A stretch of DNA of 64,000 nucleotides from NCBI GenBank assembly GCA_963700145.1, contig OY969474.1, positions 2,944,001 to 3,008,000 on the forward strand, written 5' to 3'. The position numbers and the translations under genes were made by a program. This document shows, piece after piece, positions 9,631 through 42,018 of the stretch. Origin of the DNA: an uncultured Acidobacteriota bacterium. GTDB lineage: Bacteria; Acidobacteriota; Thermoanaerobaculia; Multivoradales; UBA5704. The notes beneath the pieces are model-generated. The model did not search any database. It saw nothing but the letters and a program-made list of their open reading frames with translations, and was not told where the DNA came from. Position 1 is the first letter of the stretch. Each line of letters starts with the position of its first letter.

Positions 9631-10561
9631 ATGCCTCACCCTGCTTCGACCGCGCTGGCGTTCGTCGCCCTGACCGCCGCCGCGGCGACGGCCGCCTTCG
9701 CCAACGGGCCGGCCGCCGCCCCCGACGCGCAGGGGCTGTGGGTCGGCCACGTCGTGCATAAGCGGGGAGAGGTGGAGCTGGACCTCGTCGTCGAGCTGGG
9801 GCGCGCCGCCGACGGGGGTCTGGTGGGAACGATCGACTTCCCCGTCCGCAACATCCTGTTCCACCCGCTCGACGGCGTGCGCCAGGAGGGCCGGGAGATC
9901 ACCTTCACCTTCAACTGGCACAACCCCGAGATCGACAAGCAGGAGTCCGCCCCCTTCAGCGGCACCCTCTCGGCCGACGGGCGGACGTTCGAGGGGCTGA
10001 TGACCGACGACGGCACCCCCCTGCGCTTCGAGCTGCGGCGCCTCGGCCCTCCCGGGACCGACCGGCCGGTGCGGCCGGAGCAGCCGCTGGCCGCTCTCGG
10101 CGCCGCGGCCAACGAGCTGCGCGCGGCGTTCAACCGCGACGCCGATCACCCGCGCCTGGTGCTGCTGCTCTCGCCGACGTGATGGATCTGCCTGATGAGC
10201 GCCCGGGTGGTGCAACGCTACGTGCTGGACGACATCGCCGACCCGCGGCTGCGGGTCTACATGGTCTGGGGGCCGATGCTGGACAAGGAGACGGAGGCGG
10301 ACGCGCGCCACGCCACCACCTTCATCCAGGACCCGCGGCTGACGCACTTCTGGACCGACTCGGACGGCGTGGCGGAGCGGTTCAAGGCCCCGCTCGGCCT
10401 GACCACCGCCGACGCCTGGGACACCTACCTGCTGTTTGCGCCGGGCATCCGCTGGACGGAGGAGGCGCCGCGGCCGTCCTCCTTCATGCACGTCGGCAAG
10501 CCGCTGCCGAAGGAGCGGCGTTTGAACGCCGTCACGCTGGCCGCCGAGGTGCGCGCCGCCC

Positions 10562-10578
<17 letters not shown>
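9631..10578 (+). CDS. Probable exported thioredoxin-fold selenoprotein (UxxC; Sec at TGA 10180-10182), 315 aa
   Basis: ORFs 9631-10182 and 10195-10578 are in the same frame; read-through gives RLVLLLSPT-U-WIC-LMSARVVQ...LRVYMVWGPML; N-terminal signal peptide; small hairpin 3' of the TGA. Confidence 0.8.
10199..10213 (+). promoter_or_regulatory. Candidate bacterial SECIS apical stem-loop
   Basis: GCGCC-CGGGT-GGTGC; loop starts 21 nt after the UGA and has G at position 2. Confidence 0.45.
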
Positions 10579-30721
<20,143 letters not shown>

Positions 30722-30736
30722 GCGCGCGCCCGCCGC

Positions 30737-31615
30737 TCACCCGCCCCAGCGGCGGTGCATCCAGAGCCACATCTCCGGGTGCTCGCGGATCTGCTCCTCG
30801 GCGACCTCCAGGTAACGGCGGGTGAGGGCCAGCACCGCCTCCTCCCCCTCCCCTTGCGGGAAGATCGGCGGCCGGGCGACGAAGCGGTAGCGTCCGCGCG
30901 GCGCCGGCAGCACCGCGATCGGCACGACCGGCGCGCCGGTGCGCAGCGACAGGCGGGCGAGGACCGGCGTGGTGCGCGCCGGGCGGCCGAAGAAGGGCAC
31001 CTCGATCCCCTCCCGCGGCTGCACCCGCTGGTCGATGAGGATGCCCACCCGCCCGCCTTCGCGCAGCACCTCGAGCATCCGCCGTGCGGCGCCGCGCTTG
31101 GGGACGACGACGCCGAAGAAGCGCTCGCGCAAGGCGCGCAGCTCGCGGTCGAGCCAGGGGTTGTCGGGCGGGCGGACGACGATGTGGAGGCGCCCGCGCC
31201 AGAGGCCCACCGCCGGCGCCACCAGCTCCCAGAACCCGATGTGCGGCGAGAGCACGAAGAGGCCGCGGCCGGGCGCCTCCGCGGTCTCGAAGTGCTCCCA
31301 CCCTTCCAACGTGAAGCGGTCGCAGGTCTCCTCGTAGTCGAAACGGGTCGAGGAGACGGCGTCGCAGAGGGCGGCGCCGAAGTGGCGGAAGCAGGCGGCG
31401 GCGAGGCGCCGGCGCTCCGCTTCCGGCAGCTCCGGGAAGACGAGCGCCAGGTTGCGGCGCGCCACCTCGCGGTGGCGGCGGTCGAGCCGGTGGGCGAGGG
31501 CGCCGAGCGCCCGCCCGACGCGGCGCGTCGCGGCGTGCGGCAGGGCGCGCAGCCCCCCCTTGAGCGCCAGGTAGAGCGCGTACTCGACGCGGTGGCGGAG
31601 CGGGCGCGCCTTCAC
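30737..31615 (-). CDS. lpxL: Lipid A late acyltransferase (LpxL/HtrB family)
   Basis: SPHIGFWE, LIDQR, VPFFG, HPEMWLWMHRRW; GTG start overlapping the lpxK stop. Confidence 0.85.
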   Translation of the reverse strand: MKARPLRHRVEYALYLALKGGLRALPHAATRRVGRALGALAHRLDRRHREVARRNLALVFPELPEAERRRLAAACFRHFGAALCDAVSSTRFDYEETCDRFTLEGWEHFETAEAPGRGLFVLSPHIGFWELVAPAVGLWRGRLHIVVRPPDNPWLDRELRALRERFFGVVVPKRGAARRMLEVLREGGRVGILIDQRVQPREGIEVPFFGRPARTTPVLARLSLRTGAPVVPIAVLPAPRGRYRFVARPPIFPQGEGEEAVLALTRRYLEVAEEQIREHPEMWLWMHRRWGG

Positions 31616-32688
31616 CGCTCGGCCGCGCCGCTCTCGCCGAATCGGCCGCGCAGCGCGTCGACCTCGCCGTCCAGCCACTGCCAGAAGGCGGGCTCCGGCT
31701 CGGCGCGCACCGGCAGCTCGGCGAGCGGCAGGTCCAGGCGGCCGAGGAGCTTGACCCGGTCCTTGCCGGTGGTGAGGACGGCGGCGGCGGCGTTCGCCGC
31801 GAAGGCGCGGCGGATGCGCGCCAGGCTCGCCTCCGGGTAGGCGTGGTGGTCGGCGAAGCGCAGCTCCCCGGCGACCTCGTGGCCGGCGGCGCGCGCCGCG
31901 CGTGCGAACTCCTCCGGCCGCGCCAGCCCGGAGACCAGGAGGACGCGCGTGCCGGCCGGCAGCGCGCGGCCGTCGCGCAGCCGCGCCGGACCGGCCGCGG
32001 TGGCGCTGGCGAAGCCGGGCCCGCGGAAGCCGAACGGACCGAGCGCCTGGGCGAGCGCAGGACCGGGCGAGAGCCCGCCGCTCCAGCCGGCGCCGGTCAG
32101 CACCACGGCGTCGGCGCGGGCCGACGACGCCAGCGGCTCGCGCAGCCGGCCGCCGGGGAGCAGCCGCCCGCCGGCGAAGGGGTCGGCGGCCGGGAAGGCC
32201 AGGAGGTCGAGGTCGCGGGCGAGCGCCAGGTGGGAGAAGCCGTCGTCGAGGAGGAAGAGGTCGGGGACCGGGTCCAGCCGCTCGAGGGCGTGGCGGCCGC
32301 CGAGCCAGCGGTCGGCCGCGGCCACCACCGCCACTCCCGGCAGCTCGCCGGCGAGGAGCACCGGCTCGTCCCCGGCCAGGCCGGGCCCCAGGAGCGGTCC
32401 GGCGCCGGCGCTCACCAGCCGCACGCCGCGCCCGCGCCCGCCGTAGCCGCGGGTGAGGATGCAGACTGCGAGGCCGCGGTCGCGCAGGTGCGCGGCGAGC
32501 GCGGCGACGAGGGGCGTCTTGCCGGCGCCCCCCCAGTGGAGGTTGCCGACCGACACCACCGGCCGCGGCAGCCGGCGCGCCCGCCGGCGGTACCAGCGCC
32601 GCCGCAGGCGGTGCGCGGCGCCGTAGAGCCGCTGCCAGGGGGAGACGGCGGCGCGCGGCGGCTCGAGGAGGAGAGGGGAATGGGTCAT
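31612..32688 (-). CDS. lpxK: Tetraacyldisaccharide 4'-kinase
   Basis: VSVGNLHWGGAGKTP, RGYGG, GDEP, LDDGFSH, GRLREP, FADHH. Confidence 0.95.
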   Translation of the reverse strand: MTHSPLLLEPPRAAVSPWQRLYGAAHRLRRRWYRRRARRLPRPVVSVGNLHWGGAGKTPLVAALAAHLRDRGLAVCILTRGYGGRGRGVRLVSAGAGPLLGPGLAGDEPVLLAGELPGVAVVAAADRWLGGRHALERLDPVPDLFLLDDGFSHLALARDLDLLAFPAADPFAGGRLLPGGRLREPLASSARADAVVLTGAGWSGGLSPGPALAQALGPFGFRGPGFASATAAGPARLRDGRALPAGTRVLLVSGLARPEEFARAARAAGHEVAGELRFADHHAYPEASLARIRRAFAANAAAAVLTTGKDRVKLLGRLDLPLAELPVRAEPEPAFWQWLDGEVDALRGRFGESGAAER

Positions 32689-34007
32689 GCGCTCGCGGGG
32701 CCGGGGGGCAGGGCGGCGAGGACCGGCGCCAGGAGCTCCAGCGTGCGCGCCAGGGCGCCGCGGTTGGCCTCGACCAGGGCGCGCCCGCGGCGCCCCTGCC
32801 GCTCGGCCTCCGCCGGGTCGTCCAGCCAGCCGCGCCAGGCGTCTCCCAGCTCGGCGGCGTCCGCCACTCGCCGCCAGGCGCCCGCCCGGTCGAAGCGCTC
32901 GGCCACGTCGCGGAAGTTGTGGAGCGAGGGGCCGACCGCCAGCGGCACGCCGAAGCGCGCCGGCTCGAGCGGGTTGTGGCCGCCCGTCGCCACCAGGGTG
33001 CCGCCGATGAAGGCCGCGGCCGCCAGCCGATAGAGGCCGGCGAGCTCGCCGAGGCTGTCGAGGAGGAGGACGGAAACGAGCTGGGTAGGAGGGTCTGTGG
33101 GGAGCCGGCTGCGCCGCAGGTGAAGCGCGCTCCGCTTCTGCGCCGAGGCAGCCAGAAGCGCGTCCACCTCGTCCCAGCGCTCCGGATGCCGCGGCGCGAG
33201 GACGAGGAGCGCCCGCGCGCCGCCGCCGGCGCGCTCGAAGGCGGCGAGCACCTTCTCTTCTTCACCCGGCATCGTCGAGCCGGCCAGCAAGACCGCGCGA
33301 TTCGCGGCCAATTGCCGGATCTGCGCGGCCAGCCCGGGGTCGAGGACCGGCTCCGATGCCTCGAACTTGAGGTTCCCGGTCACCCGCACCCGCTCTTTCG
33401 GCACGCCGAGCGCGGCGAGGCGCCGGCGGTCCTCGGCGTCCTGCACGCCGTAGAGGGCGACGCCGGCGAGGAGCCGCCGCGCCAGCGGCGCGAGCCGGCG
33501 CATGCGGCCGAAGCTGCGGTTGCCGACGCGGCCGTTGACGACCGCCACCGGCAGGCCCCGCCGCCGCGCCTCGGCCAGGACCAGCGGCCAGTAGTCCCCC
33601 TCGACCAGCACCAGGGCGCCGGGGCGGAAGCGGTCGAAGAAGCGCTGCACGGCGAAGCCGAGGTCGAAGGGGAGGTAGGCGACCGCGGCGCGGCCGGCGA
33701 AGGCCTGGCGGGCGCGCGCCTGGCCGGTCGGGGTGACGGTGGTGACGACCAGCGGCAGCTCCGGCGGCAGCGCCCGCGCCAGCGTCGCGGCCACCGCCAC
33801 CTCGCCGACCGAGACCGCGTGCAGCCAGAGGCCGCCGGGCGCCGCCGGCCCGCTCGCCGAGTCCCGCCCCAGCCGCCCGGGCAGGGTCTCCAGGTAGTGC
33901 CGCCCGCGCCGCGCCAGCAGCAGCGGCCCCGCCGCCAGCAGCGCCAGCCCCATCGCCGCCTGATAGAGCCCCCGGGCGGGGGCTCGATCGAGCATCGGCG
34001 GCGGCAT
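32685..34007 (-). CDS. waaA: Kdo transferase
   Basis: WLHAVSVGE, YLPFD, VTGNLKF, LAPRHPER, GGHNPLEPA. Confidence 0.95.
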   Translation of the reverse strand: MPPPMLDRAPARGLYQAAMGLALLAAGPLLLARRGRHYLETLPGRLGRDSASGPAAPGGLWLHAVSVGEVAVAATLARALPPELPLVVTTVTPTGQARARQAFAGRAAVAYLPFDLGFAVQRFFDRFRPGALVLVEGDYWPLVLAEARRRGLPVAVVNGRVGNRSFGRMRRLAPLARRLLAGVALYGVQDAEDRRRLAALGVPKERVRVTGNLKFEASEPVLDPGLAAQIRQLAANRAVLLAGSTMPGEEEKVLAAFERAGGGARALLVLAPRHPERWDEVDALLAASAQKRSALHLRRSRLPTDPPTQLVSVLLLDSLGELAGLYRLAAAAFIGGTLVATGGHNPLEPARFGVPLAVGPSLHNFRDVAERFDRAGAWRRVADAAELGDAWRGWLDDPAEAERQGRRGRALVEANRGALARTLELLAPVLAALPPGPASA

Positions 34008-34092
34008 GCGCCGGCAGTATAATCAACCGTTCCCGGCGGCCGTCCCCGCACGTTAGACGCTCTAACTCCTGCCGCCGTATACGCCTAAGACC

Positions 34093-34734
34093 ATGCTGAG
34101 GCTCGTTCACTCCACTCCGACGCCCCGCCCCGCCTGGGGGGAGGTGTCCGACCGCGAGCTGCTGCTCGCCGTGCGCGAAGGGGAGGAGGCGGCGCTCGCC
34201 GAGCTGATCGCCCGCAAGACCAAGCCGCTCCTCCAGGCCACCCAGCGCATCCTGGGCGACCTCGAGGAGGCGCGCGACGTCGTGCAGGTCACCTTCTTCA
34301 AGGTCTGGGAGAACCGCCGCAAGTTCGACGAGCGCTGGAGCCCCAACACCTGGATCTACCGCATCGCCAGCAACCTCGCCATCGACCACCTGCGCTCGCG
34401 CAAGAGCCGCGAGCGCAGCCACGAGCCGGTGCGCCAGCACCTGCTCCACGTCGCCGATGGCACCGCCCAGCGCGACCTCGCGCGCCTGCAGGACGGCGAG
34501 GTGGCGGCGATCTTCCGCGAGCTCTCGGCCGGCCTCTCGGAGAAGCAGCGCATGGTCTTCCTGCTGCGCGAGATCGAGGGCCTCTCCTCGCCCGAGGTGT
34601 CGCAGATCGTCGGCTGCCGCGAATCGACCGTGCGCAACCACCTGTTCAACGCCCGCAAGTACCTGCGCCGCGAGCTGCGCCGCCGCTACCCCGAGTACGC
34701 CGGCCCGTTCGCCGCCCAGGAGGTGGAAGCGTGA
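34093..34734 (+). CDS. ECF RNA polymerase sigma factor
   Basis: Region 2 DVVQVTFFKVW...TWIYRIASNLAIDHLR; region 4 LREIEGLSSPEVSQIVGCRESTVRNHLFNAR. Confidence 0.93.
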   Translation: MLRLVHSTPTPRPAWGEVSDRELLLAVREGEEAALAELIARKTKPLLQATQRILGDLEEARDVVQVTFFKVWENRRKFDERWSPNTWIYRIASNLAIDHLRSRKSRERSHEPVRQHLLHVADGTAQRDLARLQDGEVAAIFRELSAGLSEKQRMVFLLREIEGLSSPEVSQIVGCRESTVRNHLFNARKYLRRELRRRYPEYAGPFAAQEVEA

Positions 34735-35258
34735 GCGCCGCCTGCCCCGACTGGACGGCGCTCGCCGCCCACCGCCGCGACCGCGACGGCGCGGAGCCCG
34801 CGGCGTGGGGCGAGGCCCTGGCGCACCTCGACGGCTGCCCGGCCTGCCGCCGCGCCGCCCCCGCGGCCGACCCGACGCTCCTCTTCCGCCGCCTCGCCCG
34901 CGTCGAGGCCCCGCTCGACGAGCGCGCCGAGGTCGAGGCCGTGCTCCAGGGCGTAACCGCGCTGCGCGCCGCCCGCCGGGTGGCGCAGCGGAGCGGCCGC
35001 GGGCGGAGCTGGGCGCGCTGGGCGGCGGCGGCGGTGCTCGCCTTCCTCGCGCTCTCCATGGACAACGAGGGCCTGCCGCGCGCCCTGCACACGGCCGGCA
35101 GCCGCTCTCTCGCCGCCGCCGCGGTGCCCGCCGCGATGGGCCGGCTGCCGCTGCTCGACGGCATCGAAGGGCCGGCCCGCGCCGGCGCGCGCATCTACCA
35201 GCTCGAAGGCGAAGACCTCTCGGTGGTCATGATCGTCGACGAGAGCCTGGATGTCTGA
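34731..35258 (+). CDS. Zinc-binding (ZAS) membrane anti-sigma factor
   Basis: HLDGCPAC (HxxxCxxC) followed by one TM helix; GTGA coupling to the sigma gene. Confidence 0.8.
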   Translation: MSAACPDWTALAAHRRDRDGAEPAAWGEALAHLDGCPACRRAAPAADPTLLFRRLARVEAPLDERAEVEAVLQGVTALRAARRVAQRSGRGRSWARWAAAAVLAFLALSMDNEGLPRALHTAGSRSLAAAAVPAAMGRLPLLDGIEGPARAGARIYQLEGEDLSVVMIVDESLDV

Positions 35259-35332
35259 GTCGCGTGCCCGCCGCTCCGCTCTCCCTTCGCGCCGCGCGGT
35301 CCGTTGACCCGCGCTCTCTCCCGAGCCTCACC

Positions 35333-36064
35333 ATGTCGCGCCTGGTCTCGCCGCTGCTCGTGCTGCTCGTGGTCTGGACGTCGGTTGCGGCCGCCCCGCT
35401 GGCGGCGCAGAACGCCCAGCCCGGGGCGCGCGCCGACACGCTCTACGTCCACGCCTACACCCTCAAGCACCAGAAGGCGGCCGAAGCCCTGATGCTGATC
35501 CACCCGCTGCTCTCGCCACGCGGCACGGTCGAGCTGCAGCCGGTGGGCAACACCCTGGTCGTGCGCGACACCCTGGCGGGGCTGTCGCGGGTCGTGCCGG
35601 TGCTGCGCAACTTCGACCGGCCGGCGCGGCTGCTGCGCATGGACGTCTACCTCGTCCACGCCAGCCGCCAGCGCGAGGCCCAGGCGGTCTCGCCGGTCAT
35701 GCCGGAGCCGCCGGCCGACCTGGTCCGGCGCCTCAAGGCCATCCTTCCTTACGAGTACTTCACCCTGGTGGCGCAGGCGCAGGTGAGCGGCCTCGAGGGG
35801 CAGCCGGTGACCTACGAGATGGGCGGCGGCTTCGAGGTGAGCTTCCGGCCGGGGACGGTGATGCCCAACCGCCGCATCCGGCTCAACGACTTCCGCGTCC
35901 TGCGCCGCAGGCGGCAGAACGAGGCCCAGCCGCTGCTCCACACCCATCTCAACCTCATGCTCGACCAGACCGTCAGCGTGGCGCTGGCGAAGAGCGAGGC
36001 GAGCCCGGACGCGCTGATGGTGGTGCTGACGCCGCATCAGGACAACGCGCCGCGGCTGCCTTAG
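35333..36064 (+). CDS. Exported protein with secretin N-domain (NolW-like) repeat
   Basis: Signal peptide; YTLKHQKA...PLLSPRGTV...NTLVVRD...FDRP resembles secretin N1-N3 domains. Confidence 0.65.
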   Translation: MSRLVSPLLVLLVVWTSVAAAPLAAQNAQPGARADTLYVHAYTLKHQKAAEALMLIHPLLSPRGTVELQPVGNTLVVRDTLAGLSRVVPVLRNFDRPARLLRMDVYLVHASRQREAQAVSPVMPEPPADLVRRLKAILPYEYFTLVAQAQVSGLEGQPVTYEMGGGFEVSFRPGTVMPNRRIRLNDFRVLRRRRQNEAQPLLHTHLNLMLDQTVSVALAKSEASPDALMVVLTPHQDNAPRLP

Positions 36065-36082
36065 GGAGCGCACGGAGAGAGG

Positions 36083-37300
36083 ATGCAGTTCGTTTGCCGC
36101 ATCGGCACACCCGAAGGGCACGTCGTCGAGCAGGTCTTCGAGGCGAGCGACGAGCTCGCCCTGCAGAGCATCCTCGACAAGCGCGGCTATCACCTCTTCG
36201 AGGTGCGGCGGCGCGGCCTGCCGCGGGTGAGCGGCGTCGGCGGCCTGCGCCGGCGGCGGCGGAAGATCAAGGACCAGGCCTTCCTGATCTTCAACCAGGA
36301 GCTCGCGGCGCTGCTCAAGGCGGGCCTGCCGCTGCTCCAGGCGATCGAGCTGATGCTCGAGCGGCTGCGCGACCAGCACTTCAAGGCGGTGCTCACCGAC
36401 ATCCGCGACCGGGTCAAGAGCGGCGAGGACCTCTCCGAGGCCTTCGCCGCGCACGGCGAGCTCTTCCCCCGCCTCTACCCCTCGACGCTCAAGGCCGGCG
36501 AGCGGAGCGGCGAGCTGGAGAGCGTGATCCGCCGCTTCATCCGCTACATGCGGCTGGTGCTGGGCGCGCGCAAGCGGGTGGTCTCGGCGCTCGTCTACCC
36601 GGCGGTGCTGGTGGGGCTCTCGGTCACCATGATCGTCATCATGATGATCTACGTCGTGCCGCGGTTCATGGGCTTCTTCGCCGAGATGGAGACCGAGCTG
36701 CCGCTGATCACCCGCATCACGCTCGGGGTCTCGGGCTTCACCAGCCGCAACTGGCCGCTCCTCCTCGTGCTCGTGGTGGGCGCCGTCGTCTTCGTGCGCT
36801 GGTGGGGGCGGACCGCCGCCGGGCGGGTGGCGCTCGACCGCTGGAAGCTCTCGGTCCCCCTGCTCGGCGGGGTGCTCCACCGCTTCGCGCTGTCCGAGTT
36901 CTGCCGCTCGCTCGGCACGCTGCTCGCCGGCGGCATCCCGCTGGTGCCGGCCTTCGAGATCGCGGTCGGCGGCGTCGGCAACGCCGCGATCCGGCAGCGC
37001 ATCGAGCCCCGGATCCAGATGGTGCGCGAGGGCAAGCCCTTCCACGCCGCCCTCGAGGACAGCGAAGTCTTCACCGACATGGCGATCGACATGGTCAAGG
37101 TGGGCGAGGCGACCGGCTCGCTCGACGACATGCTGAGCAGCGTCTCGGAGTTCCTCGACGAGGAGGTCGAGACCCGCATGCAGCGCATCCTGGCGCTCGT
37201 CGAGCCGTTGATGCTGGTGATGATGGGGATCATCATCTCGATCCTGTTGGTGTCGATCTACCTGCCGCTCTTCGGCCTTCTCGGCCAGGCCAACCAGTAG
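36083..37300 (+). CDS. Type II secretion/type IV pilus platform protein (GspF/PilC)
   Basis: LLKAGLPLL, AGERSGEL, VGEATGSLD, LVEP. Confidence 0.95.
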   Translation: MQFVCRIGTPEGHVVEQVFEASDELALQSILDKRGYHLFEVRRRGLPRVSGVGGLRRRRRKIKDQAFLIFNQELAALLKAGLPLLQAIELMLERLRDQHFKAVLTDIRDRVKSGEDLSEAFAAHGELFPRLYPSTLKAGERSGELESVIRRFIRYMRLVLGARKRVVSALVYPAVLVGLSVTMIVIMMIYVVPRFMGFFAEMETELPLITRITLGVSGFTSRNWPLLLVLVVGAVVFVRWWGRTAAGRVALDRWKLSVPLLGGVLHRFALSEFCRSLGTLLAGGIPLVPAFEIAVGGVGNAAIRQRIEPRIQMVREGKPFHAALEDSEVFTDMAIDMVKVGEATGSLDDMLSSVSEFLDEEVETRMQRILALVEPLMLVMMGIIISILLVSIYLPLFGLLGQANQ

Positions 37301-37318
37301 GGACCGGGAGACGACCGT

Positions 37319-38977
<1,659 letters not shown>

Positions 38978-39988
38978 CGCCGGAAGCGGCGCCGGCGCGG
39001 CGGCCCGCGGCCTGGCCGGGCGGCTGCTCGGCCTGACGCCGCTGCCGGTGCCGCCGCACGTCTTCGCGCTCGACGCCGGCGCGCTGCGCTACGGCCTGCT
39101 CGCCCCCCAGGGGCGCGGCTTCCGGCTGCGCGCCTGGCGCGAGCTGCCGCTGCCGCCCGACGCCTTCCACTCCGGCCTCCTCGGCGGCACGCTGCGCGAT
39201 CCCGCGCTCTTCGCCGAGCGGCTGGGAGGGTTCGTGCGCGCCCTGCCGGTGCCGCTCAAGGCCGCCTCGCTCGTCCTGCCCGACGCCTGGCTGCGCGTCG
39301 CCTTCGCCGAGAGCGGCGAGCTGCCGCGCGGCGGCGAGGCGCGCGCCGAGGTGCTGCGCTGGAAGCTGCGGCGGCTGGTGCCCTACCGCGTCGACGAGCT
39401 GCGGGTCGCCGGCGAGGAGGTGGCGCCGCTCCCCGCCCAGGCCGGCACCGCCGAGCCGCGGCGCGTCCTGCTCGGCTTCGCCCTCGAGCAGCTCCTGACG
39501 CAGCTCGAGGACGCCTTCGAGCGCGCCGGCGTGCGCATCGGCCAGGTCACCAACTCGAGCCTCGCCCTCCTCGCCGCGCTCGAGCCCGAGGCCGGCGGCG
39601 ACGTGGACGCCCTGGCCGTCGTCGAAGGCGAGGGCTACAGCATGGTCTTCGCCCGGCGGACGGCGCGGGGCGCCGAGCCGCTCGTCCACCGCTACAAGGG
39701 GCTCGGGGGCGGCGTCCCCGAGGGGACGCGCACCGGTCTCGTGGCGCGCGACCTGAAGCTCACCGCCAACTTCCTCGCCGAGCACCTGGGCGGCGCCCGC
39801 CTGGGGCGGGTGGTGCTGGCGGCGCCGCCCGAGGCCGAGCCGCTCTGGCTCGACCGCCTGCGCGAGGGGCTCGGCGTGCCGGCGCAGCCGCTCGACGGCC
39901 GCCACCTGCCGCCGGTCGTGGCGGAGGGCGAGAGCGCTCCCTGGCGGACGATGGCGCCGCTCCTGGGCGCGGCGCGGCGGGAGGTCGT

Positions 39989-40705
39989 GTGATCCCGCCC
40001 GCCCCCAACCTCGCCCGGCATCCTTTCGCCAACACCCGGCCGGTGAATCGGCTGGGGATCGCCCTCTGGGTGGTGGGGGCGCTGCTCCTGGCCGGCAACG
40101 TCGCCGTCTACTACAGCTACTTCGCGGGCTCCGGGGACCGCCGCGCCGAGCTCGCCCGCCTCGAGGAGCAGGTGACGCTGCAGCAGCGGCGGGCCGGTCA
40201 GGCGGAGACCGACCTCGCCGGCATCGACCTGGAGCAGCAGAACGAGCAGGTGGAGTTCCTCAACCGCAAGATCGCCGAGCGCGCCTTCTCCTGGAGCCTG
40301 CTCTTCGACCGCCTCGCCGAAGTGCTCCCCTCCCAGGTGCGGCTGACCTCGCTGCGCCCGCACGGCGTCGTCTCCGGAGACGAGGGGCGCCGGCGGGTCG
40401 CCGGCCGCGTCGTCGTCGAGGAGGGGCGCGTGGCGCTCGAGCTCGCCGGCGAGGCGCAGAGCGGCGAGGCGCTGCTGCGCTTCGTCGACAACCTCTTCGC
40501 CCACCCCGCCTTCGAGGACCCGGACCTGGCGCAGGAGGCGGTCGACGACGGCGAGCGCATCGAGTTCACGCTGCGGGCGCAGTACCTGCCGGAGGTGGCC
40601 GAGTCGGCCGCGACGCTCGCGGAAGACTCCCCGGCGTCCCCCGCCGCCGCGGTGGACGAGGAGCCGGTGCCGCGCTACCCGAGAGACGAAGAGGAGGAGA
40701 ATTGA
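39989..40705 (+). CDS. PilN-like protein
   Basis: NLARHPF start, single TM, coiled coil, FSWSLLFDRLAEVLPSQVRLTSL. Confidence 0.85.
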   Translation: MIPPAPNLARHPFANTRPVNRLGIALWVVGALLLAGNVAVYYSYFAGSGDRRAELARLEEQVTLQQRRAGQAETDLAGIDLEQQNEQVEFLNRKIAERAFSWSLLFDRLAEVLPSQVRLTSLRPHGVVSGDEGRRRVAGRVVVEEGRVALELAGEAQSGEALLRFVDNLFAHPAFEDPDLAQEAVDDGERIEFTLRAQYLPEVAESAATLAEDSPASPAAAVDEEPVPRYPRDEEEEN

Positions 40706-41328
40706 GCGCCGAGTCGATCTGGCGCCAGCGCCTCTGGGTGTGGCTGCCGGCCCTCCTCTTCTTCCTCCTCAACGCCGGCGCTTGCTCGGTCTACCAGCTC
40801 GGCTACGCCGGCAGGGTGGAGTCGCTGGAGCGGGCGATCGAGGAGCAGGAGAAGGCCCTCGAGCAGGCGAGCGCCGAGCGCGCCGCCCGCCAGGCCCTGG
40901 TCGACCGCGCCCGCCTCGCCCGGCAGCGCCTGACGGCGCTCTACGACCAGCGTTTCTCGACTCGCGCCCGGCGCCTCACCGAGATCACCGCCGAGGTCAA
41001 GGACCTGGCGCGCCGGGCGGGGATGGTGCCGCGCTCGCTCAGCTACCCCGAGCAGGCGATCGAGGACTTCGGGCTGATCAAGCGCTCCTTCATCTTCTCC
41101 GTCGAGGGGGGGTACGGCGAGCTGCGGCAGTTCATCAACCTGCTCGAGCTCTCCCCCTCCTTCCTGACCCTCGAGGAGGTGACCCTCGCCGAGAGCCAGG
41201 GGGAGCGGCTCAACATCCAGCTCCGCCTTTCGACGCTCTTCGCCAAGGAGCCGGTGGAGGGGGCGCTGCCGGTCGCGGCGCCGCGCGCAGCGCCCGCCCG
41301 TGCGCGTCCCGTTGGAGGCCGCTCGTGA
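40702..41328 (+). CDS. PilO/GspM-like protein
   Basis: TM plus coiled coil plus VEGGYGELRQFINLLE. Confidence 0.8.
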   Translation: MSAESIWRQRLWVWLPALLFFLLNAGACSVYQLGYAGRVESLERAIEEQEKALEQASAERAARQALVDRARLARQRLTALYDQRFSTRARRLTEITAEVKDLARRAGMVPRSLSYPEQAIEDFGLIKRSFIFSVEGGYGELRQFINLLELSPSFLTLEEVTLAESQGERLNIQLRLSTLFAKEPVEGALPVAAPRAAPARARPVGGRS

Positions 41329-41993
41329 CGGAGCCGAAGCGCCTCCGCTTGCTGCTCGGCCTCCTCGGCGTGCTGCTCGTCTTCCTCGCCTTGCGCGTGG
41401 CCGGGCTGGGCGGCGGCGAGGACGACCCGGCGCCGGCCGCGGCGGCCGCGCGCCCGGCGATCGACGACCCCGACGCCTTCCCCGCCCCGCGCCCCGGCAC
41501 CGTCCGCCGCGCCCGGCCGGCGGGGGGCGAGGAGGACGACGCGCCGCCCGACGAGGTCGTGGACCTGCGGCTCGACCTCCTCGAGCGCGAGCCGCGCACC
41601 TACCGGCCGGGGCGCAACCCCTGGACCTTCCCGCCGCCGCCCCCGCCGCCGGAGCCGCCGCCCCCGCCCCCGCCGTCCCCGGCCGAGCTGGCGCGCCAGC
41701 AGGAGGAAGCGGAGCGGATCGCGCAGGCGCAGGCGGCCGCCGCCGAAGCGGCGCGGCTCGAGGCGCTCAAGCCGAAGCCGCCGCCCTTCACCATGAAGTA
41801 CGTCGGCAGCTTCGGCCCGGCGAACCGGCGCCTGGCCGTCTTCTCCGACGGCAAGGAGATCGTCAACGCCCGCCAGGGCGAGGTCCTGCAGGGGAAGTTC
41901 GTCGTCGCCCGCATCGGCTACGAATCGGTCGACATCCAGTTCGTCGGCTTCCCCGCCGAGCCGCCCCTGCGGCTGGCGGTCGGCCGTCAATGA
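41325..41993 (+). CDS. Pro-rich PilP/GspC-like accessory protein
   Basis: GTG coupled to the upstream stop; TM, GRNPW, poly-Pro linker, C-terminal beta domain. Confidence 0.7.
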   Translation: MTEPKRLRLLLGLLGVLLVFLALRVAGLGGGEDDPAPAAAAARPAIDDPDAFPAPRPGTVRRARPAGGEEDDAPPDEVVDLRLDLLEREPRTYRPGRNPWTFPPPPPPPEPPPPPPPSPAELARQQEEAERIAQAQAAAAEAARLEALKPKPPPFTMKYVGSFGPANRRLAVFSDGKEIVNARQGEVLQGKFVVARIGYESVDIQFVGFPAEPPLRLAVGRQ

Positions 41994-42018
41994 GACAGTG
42001 AGACGAGGAGTCCCACGC

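Noticed and set aside
41630-41680. CCG-rich run as a DNA repeat element
   Set aside because: Encodes the poly-proline linker of the PilP-like protein
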